Assembly: GCA_051294375.1 (NCBI GenBank)
Contig: CM119265.1
Coordinates: forward strand, 21,762,278 to 21,826,277
Direction of reading: 5' to 3'
Length of the DNA: 64,000 nt
From: Paraspadella gotoi
Lineage: Eukaryota > Animalia > Chaetognatha
The translations under genes and the position numbers were made by a program. Shown here in pieces: positions 36,208 to 48,866 of this stretch; the first letter of the stretch is position 1, and each line of letters begins with the position of its first letter. The notes beneath the pieces are model-generated. The model was not told where the DNA came from. It saw only the letters and a list, made by a program, of their open reading frames with translations, and did not search any database.

Positions 36208-39200
36208 ATGATGGAGGAAAACTTCTTCGGCGACGATTTCCGCTCTCTGGGAGCCGGAGTTATGGAAGAAGGATTGTTGGAGTACGAAAGTGAAGGTGCG
36301 TTTAAGAAGCCGTTTAAGTGATGGCTCAATTACTGTTTGCAAATTTTCTATCGTCAATGACTTCAAAATCTTCCTTATAACCAAAAATGATCAAATTGTT
36401 TAATAAAGACGATCTGGACGCCTTCAACGACGAAACATTCGGCGCCCCGCTGGAAATTGGCGCCGACTGGGAGGCCAATCACGAGCATCTCGCTCAATTG
36501 GAGGAATTGGAATTCACCGGGTCCAACGCGGAGAGGTCGACTGGTGGAAAGGAGAAGACCCCTGAAAAAGGTGTTATCAAGTTAGAGAAATGGAATCTGG
36601 ATAAGTGTCGTGAAGGTGTTTTTCCTACCATTTTGATTTAAATTTATTCATGATTTTCAGACTTGGCGTCAGGTCATCTTCTTCTCGACCCTCGTGATCT
36701 CGAACCCAAAGATGCTGCGACTGCGGAACTCTCCAGTCCCGAGGCGCTACAAAGGGACATGGAAGCTTCGTTGTCTCAGCTCGTCTTAGAAAACGATGAG
36801 GTATTAAGTTTGGATGTTCACCAATTATATATAAAAAATACATTTATTTTATTTTAATTAAAAAAAGGGTTTCCTAAAATAAATTTTAATAAACAAGATC
36901 GGTCCATCCAATGTGTTGCGCCGCAGTGACTTTCTTAGATCCGCGACTACTCTCGGCGCACACTAACAAAACGTAAATAATGTTTTGAACTGACTCTGAT
37001 TATTATCCAGCACGACGATTCATTCGAGGATCCGGCGATCGTCAAATCTGATGGACCAAGTTTGGAATCGGCCGCCATGGGTTTCGGTTTGCAGCCCGAG
37101 GCCTACTCGGTGCCAGGTAAAGCACTTTCTTTTTTTTCCGCTTCCGATTGTAAATCATATTGCTGTTAATTTTTAGGAATGGTTTCTTTACCCACGAGCC
37201 AAGCCAGAGGAGTCGCTCCTCCGGGGTTTTCTCAGAACCAAGGGCCGCCCGTTCAACAACCGCAAATAATACTTTCGGCTAATCAGTCCTTTCATGGAGC
37301 CATATCAGTGTCGCAGGCCGAGGCCGCCATGCAACAGCAGCATCAGCTGTATCAGTTGCACCATCAGAGAATACAACAGCAGCAACTAGAGCAACAGAAA
37401 CAACAGCAACAACAGAAAGAACAACAAATGCACCAGCAGATGGTTTCTAAATCGATTTCACCATCCGAAGAAATGAACGCGGCGCATCATCTATTCTTGC
37501 AGCAGCGTCATCAACAAATGCTTCTGCAACAACAGCAACAGCTGGCCGCTCATCAAAAGCAACAGTTGGAACTTTTACAGCTGCATCAACTGCAGCAACA
37601 GCAACAACAAATTATTCAACAACCGATGACTCCAACAAAAACTATGCGTCCTCAAATGATCTATCAGCAATTGCCGTCGCAGCAGCAACTGCAGCAACAA
37701 TCAAAGTTGCCTCCCTCTCAGCAGCTACCAGTTCCGCGACCACCCCCGCCGATTCCTCTTCCGAATCAAAAAGAATCAGCGAGCTCATCCACGCCTTCGA
37801 TCGATTTGAATCAACTGCTGCAGGTAGGGCAGTCCTCTTCGGAGACGCGTATCTCGCAGGCCAAGACGGAGCCGACCTCGAAAGCCACGCCGGAAGCGGA
37901 CGACCCATCGATAGTGGGTGTGTCCGGCGCTAAGCCGCAGGCGGCGCCGCCCGTTCTTCGCGGGATCAAGTTTGCTTCAGATCTGGAGGATGAGTTGCTG
38001 CAGCCGGAGAAGTCAGCCAGCAAAGCGTCCATTGACGAAGATACCAAATCCGAACCAGCCATCGTTTCTTCGCCAACTTCGGCATCCAAGACCCAGCCTT
38101 TGACGTCTCCCGTGGACAAGTTAATGAAAAGTGGTCACCCACCGCCCAAACCTGGTCCGCATCCGGTTCCGTTTCCACGCGGGAATCACCCTCAAGGATT
38201 TCCACCACACCACCACCTCCCACCCGGCGGCTTTTTCCACCCTTTAAACGCCAACGCCCCTCCTGGCGGAGTCGGACGCCCGCCGCCACCCGGGATGCCT
38301 CCGCATTTGTCGCACGTGATGCCGCCTCTCGGTCCGAATCAGCGGCCCGGCTTCCCGCCGGGAGCGCCGGGTTTTGCTTACGGACCGCCTCCTCCTTTAC
38401 GCACCTCTGGTCCACACGGTGCCAACCGGAACGAGGGTCACTCCCAACAACATTCGCATCCGTCAAAGGCGACGCAGGAGTCAAACGCCGCGATGGTTCC
38501 TCCTCATTTGCAGAACAAAGAAATCCTTCGTCAGCACCACGAAAGCCTCCAACGCGGCGCCGACGACGCCGCTCGTCAGAACAACGCCGCACCGGGTGGA
38601 AGTCATTCGGTAGCGTCGCCGAATCGCGGGCAAGCTCATCACCAGCACCAACAGCACCACCAGCATCAACAGCACCACTATCAACAACGCGATCGCAGAC
38701 AACCCGGCGCTTGGGGCGACGGTCGTCACGGAAACAAGTATCAACAGCACTACAACCACAACAACAACAGGGTCCATGGCAACGACCAGCGTCAACGCAA
38801 CGGTTCTCTTCAAAACAGCCAGTCGCAAGACGAGTACCAACTGATGTCGCAGAAAGAGAAGGATTGGGTCATTAGGATTCAGTTGCTGCAGCTGCAGACA
38901 GACGATCCCTACACCGACGATTACTACTATACGACCTTCGTCATGCGGAAGATCGCCGAAGAGGCAAAGAAGAACAAGGAGGAGGAGGAGAGGGCGGCCG
39001 CCGAAGCCGCTGACTCCAGCCCTGGCTCTCCCGCCACCAAGCATGAGGAGCCTAAGCTGCTCCTGCCGCCGCGGGTGACGCTCGAGAATCGCTCTTACAT
39101 CCCCGTCAAGTTCGAGAATTCGTTGGGGAGGATCACTTCGTCGAGCGTTCACAACCCGAGGGTTATTATCGACGTCGGTGAGTGGAAAGTTCGGAGAATC

Positions 39201-40733
39201 TGATATGGATGATTGCCGTTTGTTGGTTGTAATATTGGATATGGGATTATTTAATTTGTTTGAGGAAAGAAAAAAATTATATTTTGTTTACAAACAACGA
39301 GTTTTTATTAATAAAAACCCGTTTGAAAACAAAAAAACAAAATTTTCTTCCCTCAAACAAATTGCTAAACGCGACGAAAGAAAGTAATCGCACAATAAAA
39401 TTATTTTAAATTATTAAAGAAAATTTTAAAACTTTGTCCCTCTTAAAATTCTAAAATAATAAATATTGAAATACAAAAATGAAAATGCTATTAAATAAGT
39501 ACATTTTTTCAAGAATATAGTTTCCTACTCGCTTCACTTATTAGGATATTTAATTAACATTGTCCACTTTATAAAATCTTTTCAGGCGCTCGTCGTGCCG
39601 TCCTCACTCCGGAAGAAGACGAGGCGGACGGGAACTCTTCCCTTCGCGAGAGCCAAGAGCGATTCCGCCAACTCCTGATGTCCATCGAGGATCTCTACAT
39701 GGTGATTCTCGCCATCGACGAACTCGGCAAGGCCGTGCTCGCCCTGCCCGAGGAGAAGAGGGCTAACCTGTACCAGGTGCGGAATGCTGTGATTGTGGTG
39801 AAAGGATGAGGGTGGTTATAATTTAAACATTGTCTCACCATCCTTTCCTAGGAGCGCAACACGATGATCGAGGTTCTTTACTCTCGCGTCCTCTACTCGC
39901 CTCCCGGCACCAACGAGCGGCCCTCCTTCGCCCTCCTCACCCTCTCCTCAGTCCGCAAGGGAAAGAAACTTGTTGGACGCTCGATTCCGCTCTTCTCCGT
40001 CAGACAGCAGCAGGCCGTCCTCTTAGCCATCCTCGATGAACTACCCTTTTTGCTGAAGAGGGACTTGGGAGACAGGATCTTTCCAACCGAGGCGAGTCGA
40101 CTTAAGTTTTTTTTTTTAGCGTCGTGATATCTAATTTTTAATACCAAATGCGTACGTAATGCTACTTCTAATTATATTCGGTGTCATTGTTACTCAACTG
40201 ATTGTATTTCTGACTCTATTTACTAATTCCCGTTACAATTCTGTGTTCTCCTATTTGCGTATCTGATCGCCTAAATTTGTTCGTTCTCATCTCAGGTGTT
40301 GCCCCATCTGGAGACGACGATTTTCTTCTCATCTCTCAAGTCGATCCTCTCCTTTTCAAAATCTTTTCTCCGCCACTCGACGTCTCTCTCGACCATCCTC
40401 TCTTGGGACTTCGGCTTCGCGCTAGCCCTCTGCTTTCTGGCGCGGGCCGAGCGTTTGTTCGCATCGCCGCCCAAGTCCGGCGTCGACGCCGAGATTCGCG
40501 AAACGTGGCGCGAAGTGGCGGCGACGTTGGGTGCCGCCTTGGAAGGAGTGGACGAGAAGAAGGTTGCTGCGGGAAACGGCGTCGAGCCCGGGATTCGCCT
40601 GGCGGCCAAGATCGACGCCGTCAAACACTTGGAGCGTTTTCTCGACGCCGAAACGACGAGGAGGATCGGGGCGAAGGTCGACGCCGTCTTCCCAAATTTA
40701 GAAGACGAGAATGAGGAGGGCATGAAAACGTAG
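36208..40733 (+). CDS. PATL1: PAT1 homolog (mRNA decapping/P-body scaffold)
   Basis: N-terminal DDLDAFNDETFG and DSFEDPAIV, Gln/Pro-rich region, LMSQKEKDWVIRIQLLQLQTDDPYTDDYYY, FENSLGRITSSSVHNPRVIID, SVRKGKKLVGR. Stop at 40733. Confidence 0.93.
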
Positions 40734-42210
40734 CGGGGGGGGGGAAAAGGGTGACACGGCTCGAGTTTGCCTTCATTTTTCTTTGTTGGGTTGGGGGGAC
40801 CGGGGATGGATTGGGCGGGTTTGGGAAGGGTACTATCCAGTCTTTTTTTAGATTATTTCGCGTTGAGCGATTAGCCGATCAGTTATGTTTTGGGGGGGGC
40901 GAAAGCTTTTTTTTTTTATCACTTCATTGGAACGATTTGTAATTCGTTGGTTATCAAATCAAGTTTGGAACTGATGCTAAAAGAGATTGTTTTACGCGTC
41001 TCTGGGACGAAAGAGCGTTGAAGTTGACATTAGGAGGAAAGAAGCCTTGGTTTATATCCGTTTGATTTTAACGGTCGTCGGAAGCTGGCAGAAAAGCTAA
41101 AGTTGTTGAAGCTAAACTTTCGTTTTAGTCTGTCTCAACGCTTGATCGGTTAGCGACCGGTAGCGTCCATAAATGTGAGGATTATTTATGACATTAAAAG
41201 TCAATTTTGCAAATTTTCTAGTTTTGTGTACTTTTTTGAATTTTGACGATCAATTTAGTTTCGAACTCAAAAACCGTCAGATAATTAGAAGTGGATAAAT
41301 AGATAATAATGAATGGAAGGGCCTCTTGTTACAAAATATATCCTCAAGCAGATATACAAAAGAAAATGAAAAAGTGAGCCACTCCCCAGACCTTTTCCGA
41401 TGATTTTATATTCTTCTCATCCTTCATAATGTCCTTTCGTAAAATCTCTTAAAAAAAATAGAAAATAAAAAAAATCAAAATACCGGTTACACTAACGGGA
41501 CCTGCGAGGCCGATCCTCTTTCCCGCAGGACGTGTCGGTCCACATCGATCCCGGGTCGACACGAGCGAGGTCGCGCACGCTCTTCAACGTCGGTAACGCG
41601 CGTTTACTCGCACGCGATCGTTGCGCGCAGGCACACCGAGTTGCACCCACGCATTCGTCGTCGAAGTCGTCGTCCGCGTCCCCCGCCCTCGGGTTTTCTG
41701 CTTCTCGACGATTTTTCGAGATTTAAAAGTAAAGGGGGGAAAAAAACTGAAAAATCCCCGAAAATTGTCTCCTTATTTTTATAAATTTATCTTTGAAAAA
41801 TTCGTCTTTTTTTAAGACCAGATCCTTCCACCCTTTCCTGTTTGCGTTTTCTTTCTGGAAATCATGAAGAAAAAAAGAAAATACGAGAAAAATTAGTGAC
41901 ATCTCATTCAGTCATGTTACAACCTACTGTTTGGAAATCGATGAGAATGTTCTACGACCTAAGATATCATTGAAACAAAAACATTTCGCCTTTTGCGTAA
42001 ACAAACTTTCAAGAAAAGATGTGGCCTCTGAAAAAAAAAGTTATACGTAGCCTGAGCGGCACTCGCTAAATTTATTTACGGGAAACAATAAAATCAAATT
42101 GATTAGAAAAATCAAAACTTGCTGACTATGAATTTTCACAGTCTTTTCGTCTCTTCACTCAATTTTTCCTCGTTTCTGAATGAAACGAGCTTCGTTATTC
42201 ATCCTTCAAA

Positions 42211-45200
42211 ATGATGTTCGTATTTCAAACGGCGGGCATTCTTCCCGCGGATCGCGACAGTCCCGATCACGTCTACAATCAGAGACATGACACGGTATTA
42301 GGAGCGAGGTGTTTTTTAATTTTATTATTTTATTTTATTATTTTATTTTATTAGCCTGGGTTTGCAGAGGATAGATAAACATGTTAAATCGTGTGTTCGT
42401 TTGAAGCCATTAATTCTCAACCGAATGGGGATTGGGGGGAGGCAAGAACCTTTCTATCTAATCAGTAATCGTATAGAGGATGTTCGAAGAAAGACAACTT
42501 TCAACACATTACACGATCTTTCGGATAGAGAGGTTTTTTTTTGTGGTAATATTATGGGAACCGTCTAACGATTCGGTTACATTTTCGAATGTTTTAAAGA
42601 ACATTTAATTACGTTCGAGATTACGCCATTATTTCCGAATTCATTAAGAACCTAGTCTGACTCAATTAAAATTGACACTCTCCCGACGTTTTATTTCTCC
42701 ACCCTTCTAAAAATTATTGGTTAATAAAATAGAAAAACTTTTTTAGATTCTTAGGTTTTCTCAAGACGAAGTTTACAACAACAAAAAATTACCTTCATTG
42801 ATCTTGATTAATAATGACAATCTCTAACCTTGGCTATAAATCTCATCCTTTTCTTATCCCGCCCCTTACTGAAAATATATTAAATGTGGAGGTAAGACAA
42901 AAAAAAAAGTATTCGGAGAGTGGTCACTTTTTAAGAATAACACATTCTAAAATAGTAAATTTTGCTATGTTACTTCCAAAAATGGATTGATTAACGACGG
43001 CAGTTGTAATTATAACTTTCAATTATCAGTCTTAAAAATACATCAAAAGTTACTCGTGATTGTCAAATTTTTTATTATTTTTTTTTTTAAATTTGAAAAC
43101 GCGAAAGATTGACATTCGATTTTGACATGAAAGAGAAGCGGTTGATTGGGAAAAGATTATTTGGAAATGTTTGAAAAACTTCGATGAGAGAGTCGTTAGG
43201 ATTTCGAATAGTTTTTATATCCCACCCATTGTGAATTTCTTTCTCATCGGCGAACCTTACATCCCGATTCTTTTGCCACGCCCATTTTCTCTTCGCCGTC
43301 CCCCATGCTCGTCCGACCGCCTCCTTTTCCTTCCTGCCGCATCCCTTGTCCCGCCTCGCTCCCTCGCACTTCAAAGAACGACCGCGAGTCGACGCCCGAG
43401 GAACCCGACGACGACGACAAAGCCCTCTGCGACGCGGATCACTGGTCTCGGTTCCGCCTGCGGGATTTCATCGCGCGACACCAGATCAAACGGCGAAGGG
43501 TCAAGGAGTTCAACTCCCTCGTCGGATCGTTAAAGAAAAATACTTTGAGACTGCAGGTAGAGGGGGGGGGGGCTCGTCTTATGCAAATTATACTACATCG
43601 CGATCCGCGAATCAACTCAAACGCAAGAGGTTTTTCCTTCCTCCCTCGATCCCCATTCCACAGACTTTGTTCAACTCGCTGGAGGATCCGGAAGATCCGA
43701 CGAACAACTTTCTTCGTCGCATGGCGCCGTCGTCGTCGGCACCGCCGGACTATTCCATGATACAGGGTTCACGGTCGGCGGCGCGGGAAACCTGCACGCG
43801 AGTCTTCGTCCGCGTGCTCTTCCTCAAAATGGGAGAGATTCAGACGATCAAGGAGAGATATTCGGCTGAAGTCTATGTCCAGGTCGGAAGACGTTTTATT
43901 TTTATTTTTTTTTATAATTGTTACCTCTCGGGTTTAATCGTTTAAACATCCTGTTTGTAGTGATCTTATGTGTTCGTGATTAATACGTATTCGGTGTGCT
44001 TCTTTTTGTCTCCGATAACCAACTCAATTTTCTCCCTTTCAGTCGAAATGGCGTGAGCCATCTCTAGACTCTCTCCCGGATTCGGAGCTTCTCGCACTCG
44101 ACTGGACAAAGCAGTGGCACCCAAACCTTTTCTTGGAAAACGCGTTAGGAAACCCAAGGGAGATCTGCTGGAAGACTCCGCTTCGGATCGACGGCGAGGT
44201 TTGGGTGGAGCAGAAGCAGATCTTCAGAGGCACCTTTGCCGAGACTCTCGAGTTGTGGGATTTCCCCTTCGATGTCCAGGTAGAGCTCTGAGCGGGAGTT
44301 GAAAGTAGGGAATACGAATACCGAAAAGCAAAAATATATCTCGTGTTTATGTACCCTTGGAGAAATAAAAAAAAAATTGTGTTCCATTAAAAACCTATTT
44401 CTCTTTTTTTTTCAAGGATCTTTCAGTGACGGTGACCTCGGCGAAATGTTTGTCCGAAGTTGAACTTCATCACAACGAAGAAGAAATCAACGCCGTCAAT
44501 TTAGAAGACTTCGTCGACGAACAAGAGTGGACTCTTTACCAGCACATTGAGGTTTGCACTATTAGTTGAACTACTTTAGTTAATCGTAGTTGCACTACTT
44601 TAGTTAATTTGTACTAGTAGTATTAGTAATAATAGTATCCTTGAGTAAAAGTTTCCGTCCCTGCTCTGGATTGCTCCGCCCGTATTTTGGTCATTTTTCA
44701 AGTTTATGCTTTCTGCTCTACTTTCTCACACAGCTTTTTGTTTTCAATTTTGTAGAAGTTTCTTTTTTTTTCCCAATTACTTTGACGCGTCAAAGATTTT
44801 AGTTATTGTTATTGTAGTCGACCTCGTCTCTGTAATCGTTGCTTCCGCCTTCATAATGATTTAAGCGAACCTTCGGACTTTCTCCCGCCTTTTCTGACGT
44901 TTTTACTAAAACTTTTAGCTCCCATTAAAATTTAGACTCATTTTTTGAGCTCATTCGAAAAATTTTGATCGTCGGTTTTCAAAACAGTTCATTTATTTTG
45001 TTTTCTTTCTTGACTCTCGTATTAAAACAACATCTATCTTGTGTTACGAAATTATTCGTCAAATAAAATTGTTTTCACACCTCCTTGACTTCATGATTAA
45101 TGATTTTACTTAGACGGTCGATACATGGTTGAGCGACAGTGGTTAAATCTCAAACAAACGTAGATACTTTTTATTTTTAAAATTAAAACGACCTCGCCCC

Positions 45201-46454
45201 TCTCCTGAATTCACAGGTTTCACCCCGCGTGATTCATCACACATATTCGACGCCTCCCTTCTCCCAAGCGTACCTCACCTTCATGACTCGAGCAGCTCGT
45301 CGACTAGGCTTCTTCTACTGGCACGTCTTCCTCATCATGTTCCTCATATCCTTCCTCGCCTTCACCACCTTCAGCGTCGATCCGCGGATCCCGGAGAAGC
45401 GGCTGCAGGTTTTGGTCTATTGCTGCATGCTGTGCTGGTTTACTGCAGGTTTTGAAGATTTGCTATTGAGATCTTATATTAATCGAAAGGAATGATGGCA
45501 AGGAGAAAACAAATTGTGGATAGAACCATCTGAGGGTCGGGTCTTTGAAGATAGGTTAGGGGGAATATCATCATTTTGTAAAATTTTTGGAACCTTTCTT
45601 TCTACCTTTTTTTTTCTTTTTTTCTCCCTTTTATCACTTTGAAAATCTTACTTTCCTCATTTTCTCATACTCTCGTCTCACCCCAGCTCTCCTTCCTCCT
45701 CATCCTCACTTCGGTCAACTTTAAATTCATGGTGCAAGAGTCTTTGCCACGGATCCCTTACCTAACTTACCTCGACAAGTATCTCCTCACGTGCATCTTC
45801 ATCCTTGGCGTCGTTTCCTTTTGGCATTCCGTTTCCGCCACCATCCTCTTCGCTTATCCCACTTTATATACTCATAGACAGGTGAGAAGAAGCTAACTTG
45901 TTTAATTTTTCAAATTGTTTATGTTCCTTTATAATTTCTAATTGTCTAATACATTATTTTGAGAATATATTTCCCCATTGAATTAATTTGAAAGAATTGC
46001 TACATTGATTTCGAGAGGAATAGATTTGAATCGATTTAATTGGGTTCGGTGTTCGACTCTCTTATTTCTATTTTTTTATGCAAGTCAGTCTGAAGTTTTA
46101 ATTTGACAAGCAGTTAATTCAATTGGATTAAAAATCGAATCGCTGTTTTTTCCCCTTCATTCCCTCTTATGTCAAATACTGTTCCTTTTTTAATTTGTTT
46201 TAACCGTCTTTTTTTTTCACTTCCCGCCCACCTTACAGGAGTGGCCGGCCGTCGTGGTGGTGGCCGTCATGTATGTTCTCTTCCACATCTGCTTCGCCAT
46301 CAACGTCAACCGTCGTGTCATGAACAAAAGACGAGAGATGGAGGCCAACGACGAGGAATACCGACGCCGAGTGATGGCGCTGCTGAAAAAAAGTGGGGAC
46401 GAAAGCGCCGTGTCGATGATCCACGTTCCCGGAGTCGAGTGGGACGATCTATGA
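42211..46454 (+). CDS. Pentameric ligand-gated ion channel subunit lacking the Cys-loop cysteines
   Basis: VFVRVLFLKMGEIQTIKERYSAEVYVQ|SKWREP, WHPNLFLEN, GTFAETLELWDFPFDVQ|DLSVTV, RRLGFFYWHVF (M1), EKRLQ|LSFLLILTSVNFKF (M2), LPRIPYLTYLDKY (M3), short loop, M4. First exon (42211-42293) inferred from phase. Confidence 0.88.
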
Positions 46455-48866
46455 ATCGACAGGACAGTCGGGATCAGAAAGGATTGGCGCTTGGAGACCC
46501 GCGGCTTCACAGTGTGGTGTGACTCTGATGCCAAAGCCCGTGAGGGCTTCGTGTTCCCGGAATCGAGCGGGTGATAACCTCACACGAAGTGATTTTAAAA
46601 AGTGTGTGAGAGCTAAAAAGGATTAAGGATGGTCTTTAGAATAAATAAGAAAAAATACATAGCTTGTCAAGTTAATGTAGAATTATGAGTTGAAGCCAAC
46701 TGGAATGCCGGCTCCATTCAATTTGTTCAGACGTGAATAACCAATGTCAGAGACAGCGCGTGAAATGACAAGTGAGAAAAAGGTTGGTAACCTCAGTTAC
46801 TGAGCGCTGTACAATAATAGTGTGTATAATAGATAATTATAATAATACGTAGAATACCGTAGACGAAAAAAGAAAGGCAACGATGCTGGGTGGCATCTTT
46901 TTCAATATAAGACGAAGACGTGAGTTTTGAGAAAACAAAGAACGGGTTGGAGATGGGAGAATAAAGCGTTTGATGTACTGAAAATAACACGGCGCATTCG
47001 TGTGTCACGAAGAAAAGTTTCGCAAATGTCTTTGTCTCTTTGCGACTTCGTGTCACGATGGCTATAACATGTTCCGTCTTCGATATCTTACACGACAGAT
47101 AAAATTTTAAAAAAATTTAAAAAATAGGGAAAGAAAAGCCGAAAAGAAATAAGTCTGGACTAGATAGAAATAGTATGTGCTCTGTTGATTAATGCGCATC
47201 ATCGGAAAACCAATATGGAGTAATCCCGTCAGAAAGTGGCAGAGATGAAAGAGGGGGCGGCACCATAGGGGAGCCGGGGGGGGGCACTGTAGGCACCGCA
47301 CGGAGATCGGATCCAGGCCGGTTGGTAATAATTGATTACAGAATCACGGGCTTCTCGTAAAAAGCTCCGAAGTCAAAAACTCACTTTTCATCGTTACATT
47401 GAAATTTCTCAATGCTCATATTTTGTTATTATTTTCTGGTTTCTATATTGTTCATTGCTATTCCAAAAACGTTTTTATTAATGTAAATTTATGGTGTCAC
47501 AAGGTTGGTTCATGATATGATTAAGCAATAATTCTAATACTATTTCTACCTATTGCTGATATAATACTTAAGGCTTCAGTATTTTACTTATAATGAAATT
47601 ATGAATTGATTTTTATGAGGGTGTCATCTTTGTTACAAAGAATAAACAATAAATTTTACGTCGCATTTTTTCTTAGAAGCAGAAGTCTAATCTGGCACAA
47701 ATACCGTTGTAACGTGCCTCAATAATCTTAGTACTGCACCACAGTAATTTAGAACTTAGAATAACTTAGAACATACAATAACTTAGAAAATGATAAAAAA
47801 TTTCTCTCTTTGCTAGTTAAATAAAATGTCAGTAAAATAGGTGCAGTTTTAACTGTAGTGTAGGTGTTTTTTTTCTAACCAAATAAGTAGTACTATTATT
47901 AGTATTATTACTATTATATCTGTCGCCCATTCCCCAAAAAAATTATTTTGACAAATAGATCATCTATATTTAAAAGGATTGTAGTATGTCGTAAAATAGT
48001 AACATTGACTTTTACACATAGTTCCGACTACATTCAAAAATTGTTCTAATAATCTACTTTTGATTTTTTCTTGCAGCCAGCCAATTTTTATAGTTTAAAG
48101 ACGGAGCTGAGATAAACACGGAAGGCAACAACACATGGACAATGCTTAAGAACTCCATCGCTCAAGTTTGGGAATATTTAATTTTTAGAGGTCAATCTCT
48201 ATTATGAGAAAGTACTAAATCTTTATTTATAAATCGTTATCGAGTTATAAGGTTTAGCGGTTTTTTTTGGTAATAAATTAATGAAGCGCGTAACGATTAC
48301 AAAAGAAGGTAATAAAAAAACGAAACGAATGGAATGTTTAAATATAAAGTACTTTAAGTACACCGAACCGAACGAAGTCTTGAAATAATAAAGAGTAATG
48401 TCCTATTAGGAAATTAAAAACTTATCAACTCTCGGGAAAAAAAAACAACACATAGCGTGAAGCGCGACCACGATTTTTGAGATATAACACGACTATTTCT
48501 AAAAACTAGCGTTTGCGGCTCGCGCGACGCTGAAGCCCTTGGGGATAGGCCGGAGAGGGGAAAGAGCTCTATTTTCGATAGGGAAAACGGCTCGGAACAA
48601 CTTTTAACTGGCCAAATAGGAAAAAATCGCGTAACTGTATTTGCTTAGGCACAACTCATTGAGGGGAAAAGTTTACGCCGAGCATGGATGGCTTGTTACC
48701 AAAGGGTTAGTCAAAATTTCCGCCTGACATTCCAGGGCCCATGACCTTTTTCTGATCGAGATCTGACGATCTGAGATAACTAATATTGATAATTTAACTT
48801 TTAAGCAAACGGGCATTTCCGATATTTGCCACGGCCTCGCACTGCTCCGAACCATCGGCGCCGTCA

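Noticed and set aside
37642-39152. Long minus-strand ORFs within PAT1, and similar shadow ORFs over the M13 and channel exons
   Set aside because: Antisense shadows of GC-rich coding exons.
41490-41815. GC-rich island with short ORFs
   Set aside because: No protein features. More likely the promoter or 5' UTR of the pLGIC gene, which cannot be supported further.
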